Of a DNA stretch of 64,000 bases, positions 37,079-47,200 are shown piece after piece. The notes below the pieces were generated by a model. It made no database searches. It had not been told where the DNA came from and saw only the letters and a program-made list of their open reading frames with translations. Each line of letters opens with the position of its first letter. The stretch's first letter is position 1. The position numbers and the translations under genes were made by a program. Source of the DNA: Myxococcota bacterium (GTDB taxonomy: Bacteria > Myxococcota > SpSt-1050); assembly GCA_049969675.1 (NCBI GenBank), contig JBMFOP010000002.1:758-64757 (forward strand). Reading direction: 5' to 3'.

Positions 37079-37639
37079 TTATTTATTCACAGTAATCAGC
37101 CCCGCCCTCAATCTATTCTGCCCATCATTCTCTACCTCTTTGGGATTTGAAATAGGCATACGGGTATCACCCATATAAAAGCCTATATATACCGCTATCT
37201 TCTGAGCAGAATATGAGGATGGAACCTTTACTTCCCGCTCATCCACGATAATCTCACCCGGTCTCCAGTTGCTGGTGCGATATTTTCCAAATACCGGATA
37301 GTGGTCTCCATGAATCCTCTGCTCAAATCCACCCCACGAATCCATATGGACAAATATCTGCCAATCCTCATCAATGGGTTTAAGACATTTGAAATAGTAT
37401 TTGATCTTAAATTTGGTGCCCGGCCTAACCTCTCTATCCACAGTATAACCGAGGAATGCAATCTGATCTCCAAATATCGCCTTTGAAGGGACCTGAATAT
37501 CTGGAGGCGAGGTAAGTATATATTCCTTAATTGAGGACCTATCAAAAGAATTTCGCTCCTCATCAACCGGCTTTGGATTCGGGAGACAGGAAGAGATTAT
37601 GAGGACCAAAGTGAACAGATATAAATACCTCGGGTTCAT
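37079..37639 (-). CDS. Lipoprotein, unknown function
   Basis: Lipobox (LIISSCLP). 186 aa. No recognisable motif. Confidence 0.4.
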   Translation of the reverse strand: MNPRYLYLFTLVLIISSCLPNPKPVDEERNSFDRSSIKEYILTSPPDIQVPSKAIFGDQIAFLGYTVDREVRPGTKFKIKYYFKCLKPIDEDWQIFVHMDSWGGFEQRIHGDHYPVFGKYRTSNWRPGEIIVDEREVKVPSSYSAQKIAVYIGFYMGDTRMPISNPKEVENDGQNRLRAGLITVNK

Positions 37640-37779
37640 TCAAATTCCTCCTAAGATAAAACGAATATTTAATAATTTTAAATTGAAGTGTCAAGGGATT
37701 TATGCAGGACGGAAATAGTTGATTCTTATTGTTGCATTTCAGGAATCTGGGTTGTATAATAAAACTCAGGAGGTGGGAA

Positions 37780-40700
37780 ATGAAGAAATATCTGTTATTG
37801 ATATCAATCTTTTACCTTTTATATGCCTGTAGCTCACAGACTGAACCTAATAATATCTCTGATGAAAATGTGGATGTGGTCATTAACTTACGGGATGGAA
37901 CTTCTATCAAAGATATTGAACCTTCTGATGCTTCAGAGGAAGTCTGTAAAACAGGTGATAAGAGAAGTTGTTTTAGTGGCACTGACTCCCAGAGGAATAA
38001 GGGAATCTGTAGAGATGGTGAACAGATCTGCACTAATGGTAGATGGGGTGAATGTAAGAATGAAATATTGCCAGAGAGTGATGAGACCTGCGGGAATCAA
38101 AAGGACGATAATTGTAACGGCATTACAGATGAAGGTTGTGAGTGTAAAGATGGAGAAAAGAGGAGTTGTTACACCGCCAGCGAAAATACAAAATATGTAG
38201 GATTATGTAGACCTGGCACACAATATTGCAAAGATGGAAAATGGGGATTGTGTGAAGGTGAGATTACTCCAAAACCAGAGAGCTGCGAAGGTGTAGCCGA
38301 TGGATTTGCCCCTCTTGATTCAGATTGTGACGGGAAACCAGACCCATCAATCACCAACAGGTGCGGTAAATGTGGTCCTGAATTTGAAGAGATATGTGGA
38401 AACCTCGTAGACGATAATTGCAATGGAGAGACTGATGAAGGCTGTATATGCAGGGGCGGGGCGATTCAGAGCTGTTATACCGGTCCCAGAGAGACTCTCA
38501 ATAAAGGAATTTGTAAGGCCGGGATTCAGGAATGTATAAATGGGAGATGGAGTGAATGCAAGGATGAGATACTGCCAGAGAAAGACGAGGTCTGTGGTAA
38601 TCTAAAAGATGACAATTGCAATGGGATTACTGATGAGAACTGCCCCTGCACGGAGGGGGCAAAGAAGAGATGTTATACAGGTCCAGCAAATACAGAGGGT
38701 GTCGGGAGCTGCAGAGCTGGAATATCTATCTGCACAAACGGGGTCTGGGGTAAATGCGAGGGTGAGATACTTCCTGAAAAGGAGAGCTGCATAGGGGTGG
38801 AGGATGGCAAGATTCCAGAAGATACAGATTGTAATGGAGAGGTTGATAGAACAGTTGTAAATCTATGTGGATATTGTGGGCCGCTGCCACAGGAGATTTG
38901 CGGAAATGGAAAGGATGACAACTGCAATGGAGAAGTAGATGAGGGTTGTGATTGTAATGCAGATTGCCAATGCTCGGGTGGGGATTGTGAATGCCAGCCA
39001 AGATTCAATCAGCCCTGTTATGGGGGGCCATTGGAGAATATGGGCAAGGGAATATGCAAGAGCGGACTCCACGATTGTATCTTTGTAAATAATAAGTGGC
39101 AGTGGACTGAATGCAAAGGATATATACTCCCTGAGCCCGGTGAAACCTGTGACGATAAACTGGATAACGATTGCGATGGATATACAGATGAGGGGTGTGA
39201 GAGCAATAATTGTGACCCTGAGACTCAAGAGGGGTGTATTATTGAACCAGAGTGTGAGGACTGGATGATAAGGAGCTGCTACACTGGACCGATTGAGACT
39301 CGCAATAAAGGGAGCTGTCACGACGGCACCCAACATTGTATCAATGGATTCTGGGAAAAGACCTGCAATGGAGAGAAGAAACCAACGGGTGAGGAATGTG
39401 ATGGCATAGATAACAACTGCGATGGGAATATTGATGAAGACTGCGAATGTTCACCCGGTGAAGTGAGTGAATGCTATAATGGACCAATTCCAGTGATCTT
39501 TCAAAACGAGTTTGAGAAGAGTATCTGCAAAAGAGGTGAGAGAGTCTGTCTTGAATCGGGGAGGTGGGGAGAATGCACCGGCGCAACTCTTCCAGTTGAT
39601 GAGGTCTGCGGAGACGGTCTGGATAATAATTGCAATGGATATGTAGATGAATACTGCGATTGTAATCCCGGCCAGAAGAGGCTCTGCTATACCGGAAATC
39701 CAAATACAAGAGGGGTTGGGGAGTGCAGAGATGGGATTGAAGAGTGTACAATTACTGGATGGAGCGGTATCTGTGTTGGGGAGATAAAGCCAGCACAGGA
39801 GATATGTGGTGACGGATTGGACAACGACTGCAACGGACTCATTGATGACTCTGTAAATGCCTGTGGTAAATGTGATGAACCTTGCTACGAAAAGGATTAT
39901 AATGACCTCTCAGATTGCAGTGTAGAAGGGAGGAATTGCAATGGAGTAGAACCCGACCCAAATAATCCGGGCTCTATCACACTCGGTGAGGCGACATTCC
40001 AGACTCCTTTTATCTATGTGGCTGTTCAGGGCAAGAACGAGATAGCCAAACTGGATACAGTAACCGGACAGAAGATATGGCAGAAGTCCTCCTATGGAAC
40101 CGACCCATCCCGTACCGCGGTCGCAATGGACTATTCCGTCTGGGTTGGAAATAGGGGATTCAACTCTCCCGGCAACCCAGATTATTCAAATGCAGTACAC
40201 CTTGATATAGATGGGAATCTCGTATGCCGTGCAGATGTAATCGGGATCTGCAGAGGAATCGCCATTGATGCATATGGATATGTCTGGGCAGGGACATGGA
40301 ATACAAAGAAACTCTATAAGATTCATCCCTATGAAGTGGATAAGACACAGAATCCTCCAAGATGTAAGGTAGAGGCGGTCTATGATATACCTATTCCAGT
40401 CTATGGCCTCGCTGTGGACGGCAGAGGCTATCTATGGGCTTCTACAAATGCGGCTCAGACGATAAAGTTTGATACCTCCAAGGGCAATTACACCCTGGTA
40501 TCATTCCTCGCTGCATACGGGATTGCAGTCTCTCCTAAAAATGGCTGGATATGGTTTGGGAGTTATCACAAGACCGGTTGTGTTAATGCGGTTGAACCAG
40601 ACCCACCTTATACAACACACAATACATCTGTTGGGTGCGGAGGGATTATTACAGGTGTAACAGTTGATAGAGATGGATATGTCTGGGCATCAGCATATAC

Positions 40701-41286
40701 AAGTACGCACAAGGTATATAAGATAGATCCCTCAACAGGGCAGGAGATATGCAGTGCGCTCTCACCCTGTTATCCAGGCGGGAATAGCGGATGCGATGCA
40801 AGGGGTGTAGCAGAGGACTCTGCTGGTAAGATATGGGTAATCAATAGGGGCGGAGGTTATGCCAACAGATTTACAAAAGACTGCAGGCTTGAGGCAACCT
40901 TCCCGATTGACCCGGGTTATTATACCTATACCTACTCTGATATGACCGGACAGCAACTGAGGGTCGTCACCACCAAAGAGGGATATTTCATTCAAAACTT
41001 TGATTCTGGATATACAAACCCCAAATGGTATTCCATCACCTTTGACTCCATTATTCCACCTGATACATCTATTGAAATCAGGGCAAGGGCTGCAAACACC
41101 GCCGGAGAACTCCAGACCAATCCGACTCAGTGGTGTGGGCCTTTTACAATATCACCGGTCGACCTGACCACCTGTCCATTTCTAAATGACCACAGATGGT
41201 TACAAATTGAGGTCAGGCTCTCTACAAAGAAAGATGGTGTCAGACCCTCTTTGAGTAATATTAAGGTATACTGGGCAAGAGATTAA
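37780..41286 (+). CDS. Large Cys-rich lipoprotein with ~8 tandem MopE-like (putative metal-binding, CxxxDDNCNGxxDE) repeats and a C-terminal beta-propeller domain
   Basis: Start set at the Met after the GGAGGTG SD (lipobox LLYACSS). Repeats of the form CYTG...NKGIC..G...C.NG.W..C..EILPE.E.CGN.KDDNCNG.TDEGC. C-terminal 450 aa has propeller-blade motifs (GYVWAGTW, GYLWASTN, GWIWFGSY, GYVWASAY, KIWVINRG). Confidence 0.6.
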   Translation: MKKYLLLISIFYLLYACSSQTEPNNISDENVDVVINLRDGTSIKDIEPSDASEEVCKTGDKRSCFSGTDSQRNKGICRDGEQICTNGRWGECKNEILPESDETCGNQKDDNCNGITDEGCECKDGEKRSCYTASENTKYVGLCRPGTQYCKDGKWGLCEGEITPKPESCEGVADGFAPLDSDCDGKPDPSITNRCGKCGPEFEEICGNLVDDNCNGETDEGCICRGGAIQSCYTGPRETLNKGICKAGIQECINGRWSECKDEILPEKDEVCGNLKDDNCNGITDENCPCTEGAKKRCYTGPANTEGVGSCRAGISICTNGVWGKCEGEILPEKESCIGVEDGKIPEDTDCNGEVDRTVVNLCGYCGPLPQEICGNGKDDNCNGEVDEGCDCNADCQCSGGDCECQPRFNQPCYGGPLENMGKGICKSGLHDCIFVNNKWQWTECKGYILPEPGETCDDKLDNDCDGYTDEGCESNNCDPETQEGCIIEPECEDWMIRSCYTGPIETRNKGSCHDGTQHCINGFWEKTCNGEKKPTGEECDGIDNNCDGNIDEDCECSPGEVSECYNGPIPVIFQNEFEKSICKRGERVCLESGRWGECTGATLPVDEVCGDGLDNNCNGYVDEYCDCNPGQKRLCYTGNPNTRGVGECRDGIEECTITGWSGICVGEIKPAQEICGDGLDNDCNGLIDDSVNACGKCDEPCYEKDYNDLSDCSVEGRNCNGVEPDPNNPGSITLGEATFQTPFIYVAVQGKNEIAKLDTVTGQKIWQKSSYGTDPSRTAVAMDYSVWVGNRGFNSPGNPDYSNAVHLDIDGNLVCRADVIGICRGIAIDAYGYVWAGTWNTKKLYKIHPYEVDKTQNPPRCKVEAVYDIPIPVYGLAVDGRGYLWASTNAAQTIKFDTSKGNYTLVSFLAAYGIAVSPKNGWIWFGSYHKTGCVNAVEPDPPYTTHNTSVGCGGIITGVTVDRDGYVWASAYTSTHKVYKIDPSTGQEICSALSPCYPGGNSGCDARGVAEDSAGKIWVINRGGGYANRFTKDCRLEATFPIDPGYYTYTYSDMTGQQLRVVTTKEGYFIQNFDSGYTNPKWYSITFDSIIPPDTSIEIRARAANTAGELQTNPTQWCGPFTISPVDLTTCPFLNDHRWLQIEVRLSTKKDGVRPSLSNIKVYWARD
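37950..39870 (+). repeat. Tandem in-frame coding repeats (alternating ~200 and ~300 bp units), each ending in a DDNCNG-type motif
   Basis: DDNCNG/DNDCDG codon blocks recur near 38105, 38410, 38605, 38915, 39170, 39415, 39615 and 39825. Confidence 0.55.
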
Positions 41287-41348
41287 AAAAGATTTGACTT
41301 TGATAAATTTTTGGTATAGAAGCAAACTCCCTGTTCTGGAGGTAGAAG

Positions 41349-41579
41349 ATGAAGGAGAAGATTCACCCTGAATATCAAGATTGTACAATTACCTGCGCCT
41401 GCGGTAATGTAATAAAGACTCGTTCCACAAGGAAGGACTTCTCTGTGGAAATCTGCTCAAACTGTCATCCATTCTTCACTGGCAAGCAGAAGATCATTGA
41501 TACGGCTGGTAGGGTTGATAAGTTTATGAAGAGATACGGAAAGACAGCCGCCAAAAAAGAAGAGTTGAAGAAGGATTAA
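41349..41579 (+). CDS. rpmE: 50S ribosomal protein L31
   Basis: MKEKIHPEY...CxCG...[13 protein letters not shown], matching the L31 consensus with a zinc ribbon. Possible extended -10 promoter upstream (TTGACT ... TGGTATAGA near 41293-41325). Confidence 0.85.
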   Translation: MKEKIHPEYQDCTITCACGNVIKTRSTRKDFSVEICSNCHPFFTGKQKIIDTAGRVDKFMKRYGKTAAKKEELKKD

Positions 41580-41600
41580 GACCTTTTTAGATATAGTTAG

Positions 41601-42593
41601 ATGAATTCAAGAGAAAAGCTGATTAGAATTAGAGGGGAGTTGATTGATTTAATATGTCAATTCTTCAATAGTCGTGGATTTTTGAGAGTGGAGACCCCTT
41701 CTATATATCTCTCTGAAGAGAGTAACCCTCACATAAAGAGCATAAAAGTTGGACTCGAATTTAATGGTAAAAGAATTGATGCAACACTCATCACCTCCCC
41801 TGAAATTTTTATGAAGAGACTACTTGCTGATGGATTTGGAAATATTTATCAGATGTGCAGATTTTACAGAAATGATGAATATGGAAATCTCCACAGCCCC
41901 GAATTTCTTGGACTTGAATTCTATGAACTCAATAAAAACTATTACGGGACGATGGATACCACAGAGGAGTTAATTAAATTTCTTATTAGAGAGAAGAGCC
42001 TCAGGGTATTCAATAGATATGGGAAGGAGATTGATTTCACAAAACCATTTGCAAGAATAAGTGTTATGGAATTATTGAAGGAATATGGAGTTTACTTAAA
42101 CTCTCTCGAGGATATAGAGGAACTCAAATCAGAACTCAAAGACAGAATCAATATCACAGATTCGGACAGTTATGATGATATATTCTTCAAATTCTTTCTT
42201 ACATATATAGAGCCCGAACTCGGGAAAGTAGAACCGATATTTCTTTTTGACTACCCTCCTTCAATGTCCTCAATGGCAAAGATATCAGAGAAGGGAGGTA
42301 TAAGGGTGGCTGAGAGATACGAACTATATTTCAATCAGGTTGAGATATGTAATGGATTTTCTGAATTGAACGATGCAGATGAACAGGCAGAAAGACTAAT
42401 AAAAGATTTGAACTTAAAAGGTGCAAAAAATAATTATGATAGAGTTTTTATTGAGGCATTAAAGAGATTACCCCAATGCTCCGGGAATGCAATCGGCATT
42501 GATAGATTAATTATGGTGCTTTTGAACTTGAAAAGTATAAAAGATATTATACTCTTCCCCCTTGATGAAGAGATTGAACTTTATAAAAAGTAG
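41601..42593 (+). CDS. epmA: EF-P lysyl ligase EpmA (GenX/PoxA; truncated class II LysRS paralog)
   Basis: 330 aa. Class II aaRS core with motif 2-like FRNE segment (CRFYRNDEYGNLHSPEFLGLEFYE). No anticodon-binding domain. Assignment by length and motifs only. Confidence 0.55.
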   Translation: MNSREKLIRIRGELIDLICQFFNSRGFLRVETPSIYLSEESNPHIKSIKVGLEFNGKRIDATLITSPEIFMKRLLADGFGNIYQMCRFYRNDEYGNLHSPEFLGLEFYELNKNYYGTMDTTEELIKFLIREKSLRVFNRYGKEIDFTKPFARISVMELLKEYGVYLNSLEDIEELKSELKDRINITDSDSYDDIFFKFFLTYIEPELGKVEPIFLFDYPPSMSSMAKISEKGGIRVAERYELYFNQVEICNGFSELNDADEQAERLIKDLNLKGAKNNYDRVFIEALKRLPQCSGNAIGIDRLIMVLLNLKSIKDIILFPLDEEIELYKK

Positions 42594-43245
42594 ATTTACT
42601 CTGATAACTCTCATTTTCCTCGCCTTCTCTATGTTTTCCTATGAGAGAGAATATGCTGAAGGTTCAAAGAAGGCCCTAAAATGGGAAAAGATGCCAATAA
42701 AGTATCATATAAATAAGTATTGCTATAAACCCATAGAGACAGAAAGGTGCAAAGATGCCATAGTTAAATCTTTTCAGGAGTGGGAGAGTCCGGATTGCAC
42801 AACTCTCAGATTTGAGAGAGGTGAAGATACAGAAGAGGCAAAAGGTTCATTTAATAGTCTGGATATTGAGGCAAATAAAAATATCATTGTATGGTATTAC
42901 AAAGACTGGCCATACGAACCTAATGGTCTGGCACTCACAACTGTTACTTATGATGATAAGACTGGAAAGATCTATGATGCAGATATAGAACTAAATGGTG
43001 TGTTTTATAGATTTGATGTTGTGGAGCGGACACCCTCAACATATACAGATATCCAGAATACAATTACTCACGAAATTGGACATATGATAGGTCTTGACCA
43101 TACTTTCAACCCTGATAGCGTGATGTATCCTACAGCGAGGGCCGGAGAGATAAAGAAACGTAAACTCTCACAGGACGATATTGATGGTGTCTGTGCAATC
43201 TATAAAGAAGATAGCGGTTGCAGCTGCTCTACTCTCTCTTATTGA
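42562..43245 (+). CDS. Secreted zinc metalloprotease, matrixin-like (peptidase M10)
   Basis: Signal peptide. HExxHxxGxxH plus Met-turn (HEIGHMIGLDHTFNPDSVMYP). Confidence 0.7.
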   Translation: MMKRLNFIKSRFTLITLIFLAFSMFSYEREYAEGSKKALKWEKMPIKYHINKYCYKPIETERCKDAIVKSFQEWESPDCTTLRFERGEDTEEAKGSFNSLDIEANKNIIVWYYKDWPYEPNGLALTTVTYDDKTGKIYDADIELNGVFYRFDVVERTPSTYTDIQNTITHEIGHMIGLDHTFNPDSVMYPTARAGEIKKRKLSQDDIDGVCAIYKEDSGCSCSTLSY

Positions 43246-44212
43246 GCACAACTATTCCAAGGTCATTATTTCCCTTTTTGAGTTCCACATTCCTCTGCGC
43301 ACTACTATAAGTAATATTTCCGCCAGAATCTATCCCGTAAATAATAAAACTATACACCCCCTCACTCAGGTCCTGATTCATATACTGCTGAGGGAGACAG
43401 GAGAGTGTCTTATCCAGAAAGACTGCTCCACCAGATGGCGCACTGAAGATAATCCTCACATTGGTTACACCGACATCGTTACAGGATTTACTCTCAGAAC
43501 CGAATGTCCACCCAACCTGAAATATAGCCTTTGTATAAACTCTCTTTAATACAATCACCCCTAAGTCATTGTTTCCAAAGTTGAGGGTCTTCTCAAGACT
43601 TGCAAAATACAAAGGGACACCAGCCACATCATAACCGGTGAGCTCAATAAGATATTTCTTCTTCGGGGCAAATGCTGTTATGGTTCCACCCTTATCAGAG
43701 CATTTTATAAAATCATCAAACTCAACCGTTCCATCTGCATTATAAATCCTGACACCAATCTTTGATACACCAGCCTGCACACAGTCTGTATTTGATTGAG
43801 ACTCAAATGACCAGCTAAATGTAATATCAGATAAGACATAAGCAAGTTCAATCAGGACCACCCTGCCGTTAATATCCACCTCGGATGACCCTGAATATCT
43901 GATCTCACCATTTGACCCAATCCCTTTTAAAACCACACTATAAGTATCAGGGATAAAATTTGTAACAGTTACGCCCATATATTCACAGGAGAAGTTGTTT
44001 TCATATTCCAGAGTTCCATCAGAGTTATAGACTTCAAGCCCAATGACCAGAACTCCAGCCTCAGCACAACTGATATTATTTGGAAATTTCCAGGCTATCT
44101 TCAACTCTCCCGAACCACCCTGTGGAGGAGAGACCCCTCCACAGGAATTGAAAATCAGTACCGTTGCAATGAGAAGAACTAATATATAAAACCTTCTTGA
44201 GTTCGGGTACAT
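43229..44212 (-). CDS. Lipoprotein built from three tandem ~100-aa Cys-pair domains
   Basis: Lipobox (IFNSCGG). Internal triplication, e.g. ISCAEAGVLVIGLEVYNSDGTLEYENNFSC / TDCVQAGVSKIGVRIYNADGTVEFDDFIKC / KSCNDVGVTNVRIIFSAPSGGAVFLDKTLSC. Each unit ends in a GNNDLG(I/V)VVL motif. Confidence 0.5.
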   Translation of the reverse strand: MYPNSRRFYILVLLIATVLIFNSCGGVSPPQGGSGELKIAWKFPNNISCAEAGVLVIGLEVYNSDGTLEYENNFSCEYMGVTVTNFIPDTYSVVLKGIGSNGEIRYSGSSEVDINGRVVLIELAYVLSDITFSWSFESQSNTDCVQAGVSKIGVRIYNADGTVEFDDFIKCSDKGGTITAFAPKKKYLIELTGYDVAGVPLYFASLEKTLNFGNNDLGVIVLKRVYTKAIFQVGWTFGSESKSCNDVGVTNVRIIFSAPSGGAVFLDKTLSCLPQQYMNQDLSEGVYSFIIYGIDSGGNITYSSAQRNVELKKGNNDLGIVVLNKRE

Positions 44213-44228
44213 AATCTCACCTCACCTC

Positions 44229-47200
44229 TCAATAAGTAACTGAACCCGGGATATACCAGAGTACCTTCTCACTCATAGTTCCCTTCAAATAAGTCTGCAC
44301 AGTTCCAGATACAGAATCCAGTAAAACCGCCTGAAGAGTTACAGAATTTATATAGCAATGGTCTGATTGCAACTGCAATGTCTTGTTAATCTTAATCACA
44401 TTGTTGATGTAGCATATTTTGTAATTACTATCCTGAGGGTCAATCTGACAGACCGTCACCTGAGTAGGTGAAGAATAACTGAATGATAGTTTATATGGAG
44501 GTTTCTCCGGTACAATAAATGTTGACGGCCCACTTATAACCGGTGGCGGTGGTGGTGGAATCTCATCCGAAAGAGGCTTAGCTGTTGTAAACTCTATAAC
44601 GGCACCCGGTTGATTTACAAAGTGTGAATCACATACCTTAAAATTAAACTTATACGTCTCTCCGTTACGCATTGAGAAAGTTGTATTCGGGCATAATAGA
44701 TTTATTCCAGGTGATACCGGATTGGAGCCATTACACTGACCCGCAGAAGGATAAGGGTCGGTTACAAGATTGATAGCATCTGACCACGCCATAATGGTCT
44801 CTTTGTATATGTTGGTGTTTGAATCCCATTTGTTATTTCCACTGCTCCAGATACCATCACCGTTTGTATCAAAGAAGAGTTCCACAGGTAGATTTCGCAC
44901 ATTGTCATCATCGGCATCAAAGAATGGCTCGGGCAGGTCCACAAATGGCTCGCTGGCAGAGATGGTATCTCCACCGACTGTATTTATCCAATTATTACAT
45001 CTGGGTGGGTCGTACGAGGCGATATCAATCCTCCTACACTTCTGGTCTGTCCCCGCATCAAACTTCTGTGCCTGAGGTGTTGTAAAGATATTCTCTCTCC
45101 ACATCTCTGAGCCAGTAAAATCACCATTCCCATCATTGTCGTAAAACTCCTCTTCACCAGTTGTAACTGCTATAATTGAAACGACCGTATCCCTCGGATT
45201 ATTTGTGCCATTAAAAGGTTCTCCGGCAATCGGTGTTGTATCATAAGGATATGGCTCTGAGGTTCTCAAAGAAGCAGTAGCAGTACCTAAATATGCCTCC
45301 CAATCATTTGGATATGTTGACTTTGCCGTCTCTCTGTCATAGGTCAATGCCTGTGAAGTCATCAGTCCAGCCTCAGACCTAAAGTGAACTGTTGTAGCCT
45401 TTTCAATCTTATTTGTATATCTATCACCAAGAGAGACCTTACAGGGGACTTCAACAGGTGTACCACCCAATGCAGCAACTACCTTCCTCTCGCAACTAAA
45501 GTTCATATATCGAGCTGAAGGCTTGGCACCGATTATCGCTATGGCTGGAGAGACACCCTGCACTGTTATACCGGGAAGTGTAGATGATGCAGTCACAGTG
45601 AATGTAGTGGCAACTGTACCGGATTTAATCGTAGCATATACCATACCACTATCATCCGTATATGCATAAGGAGGAATAATTACAATCCCGCCCGGTGAAT
45701 TGCTGAGTGTAAAGTCAACCCTCTGATTTTTCGGGAACCTCTGACCGATATTGTCAAATACCTTAAAAGAGATTATCGCTGTCTCATTGAATCCAGAACC
45801 CTTTGCACCCATTACATCACTTGTAATACTCTGATATATAATAGAACCCAGCGTCACAAAATTGACATAGGTAGAGTTAGAAATCACCTTATTATCTGGT
45901 GTAGTAAACTTCCCTTCAATCCTTGCAAGTGCCGCAGCAGGACCACTTATCAATTTTGCAGAGGCGTTTCCACTATTATTCAGCTGAACCGTTATATCTT
46001 TGTGCTGAATGTCGTTATAGACGCATTGTGGCGCCGGATCAATACATTCAAGAGTACCATCTGTCGTTGTAATCTTTACACTGCCGGTCTTCACCGGGGC
46101 ATTTGTATTATCAAAGACAAAGGCAGTAATCGTAGTTCTGGAATCACCATCTGCAATCAGTGATAAGTCAGATGCCACCACACTTATGAAGTAATTTGTA
46201 AGTGCATCTGCCGGTCTGATTATAATGGTAATCTTCCTCATCGGCACCTTATTCCCACAGAAATACTGGGCTGTAACCTCCGCTGCACCAGCCTCTGAAC
46301 CTCCAAACATGGTAACAGTCGCCTCACTATTATTATTGGTCAATACAACAATCTCCTGTTCACCGTTGCTGAATTTGCCCAATGTGGTAGTCAGCTGAAC
46401 CGGTACATTAGCACCGATAGGCTGATTAAACTGGTTTCTAATATCTTTTACAGTAATCACAGTTGAATCTGTTCCATTTGCCTGAATTACACTGTTTGAT
46501 GCCTCAAGCCTGAATGCACAGGGACCGGTGGCATTCGGGTCATTCATAACACCGAGCGAAGTAATGGTAGCACTCTGGTCATACTGCTTCTCATCAGCAG
46601 ACGGGTCAAATGAATAAATAATCTTTACATTGGCAGATACATTCTGGGTCTGGCCAGAATCACCAACCACATCATCAAAGACGGCAAATGTACCTTTGAT
46701 CCCGGCAGAAAAATCGGAGATAGCGGTCTGCTCAGAACAGATATATGACTGGCAGCTTCTACCTGTTGTAATCTTCATTCCAAGGTCATCATTTATAACC
46801 GGGGACTTTCCATCAATCCCTATCTTGCCAATTGTGAATAGAGTTATTATTGAAGATTTAGTTGGAGGATTGAGCCTTGCATCTTTAATCTCATAAGAGA
46901 AGTCCTGAGTACTTCCATCTGCCAGATTGAATGTAATAGGACATATGACACTCAGGTTCGGTTCATTCTGCTTACAATCTGAACCGGGGGCAACAGGGCC
47001 TGTCCAGAGGACATATGTCTTAACCCATACCAATGAATTGTCATTGGGATCAGAATGAGAATCCCAGACTCCGTTGGCCGGCGTATATTTGCCATCTGCA
47101 TTGGTATCAATATACAGCTCAGCGCAGTTATATGGTTTATTCTGCTGTCTCAATGTCTCATCAGCCGGTGTTGAACCATCACAATATCCGTTATCATTCT

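Noticed and set aside
38169-39751. Several 60-157-aa minus-strand ORFs (e.g. 38673-39008, 38863-39336, 39341-39751) inside the MopE-repeat gene
   Set aside because: They are antisense to a strongly supported, repeat-rich coding region, with no start context or features. They are artefacts of codon-biased repeats.
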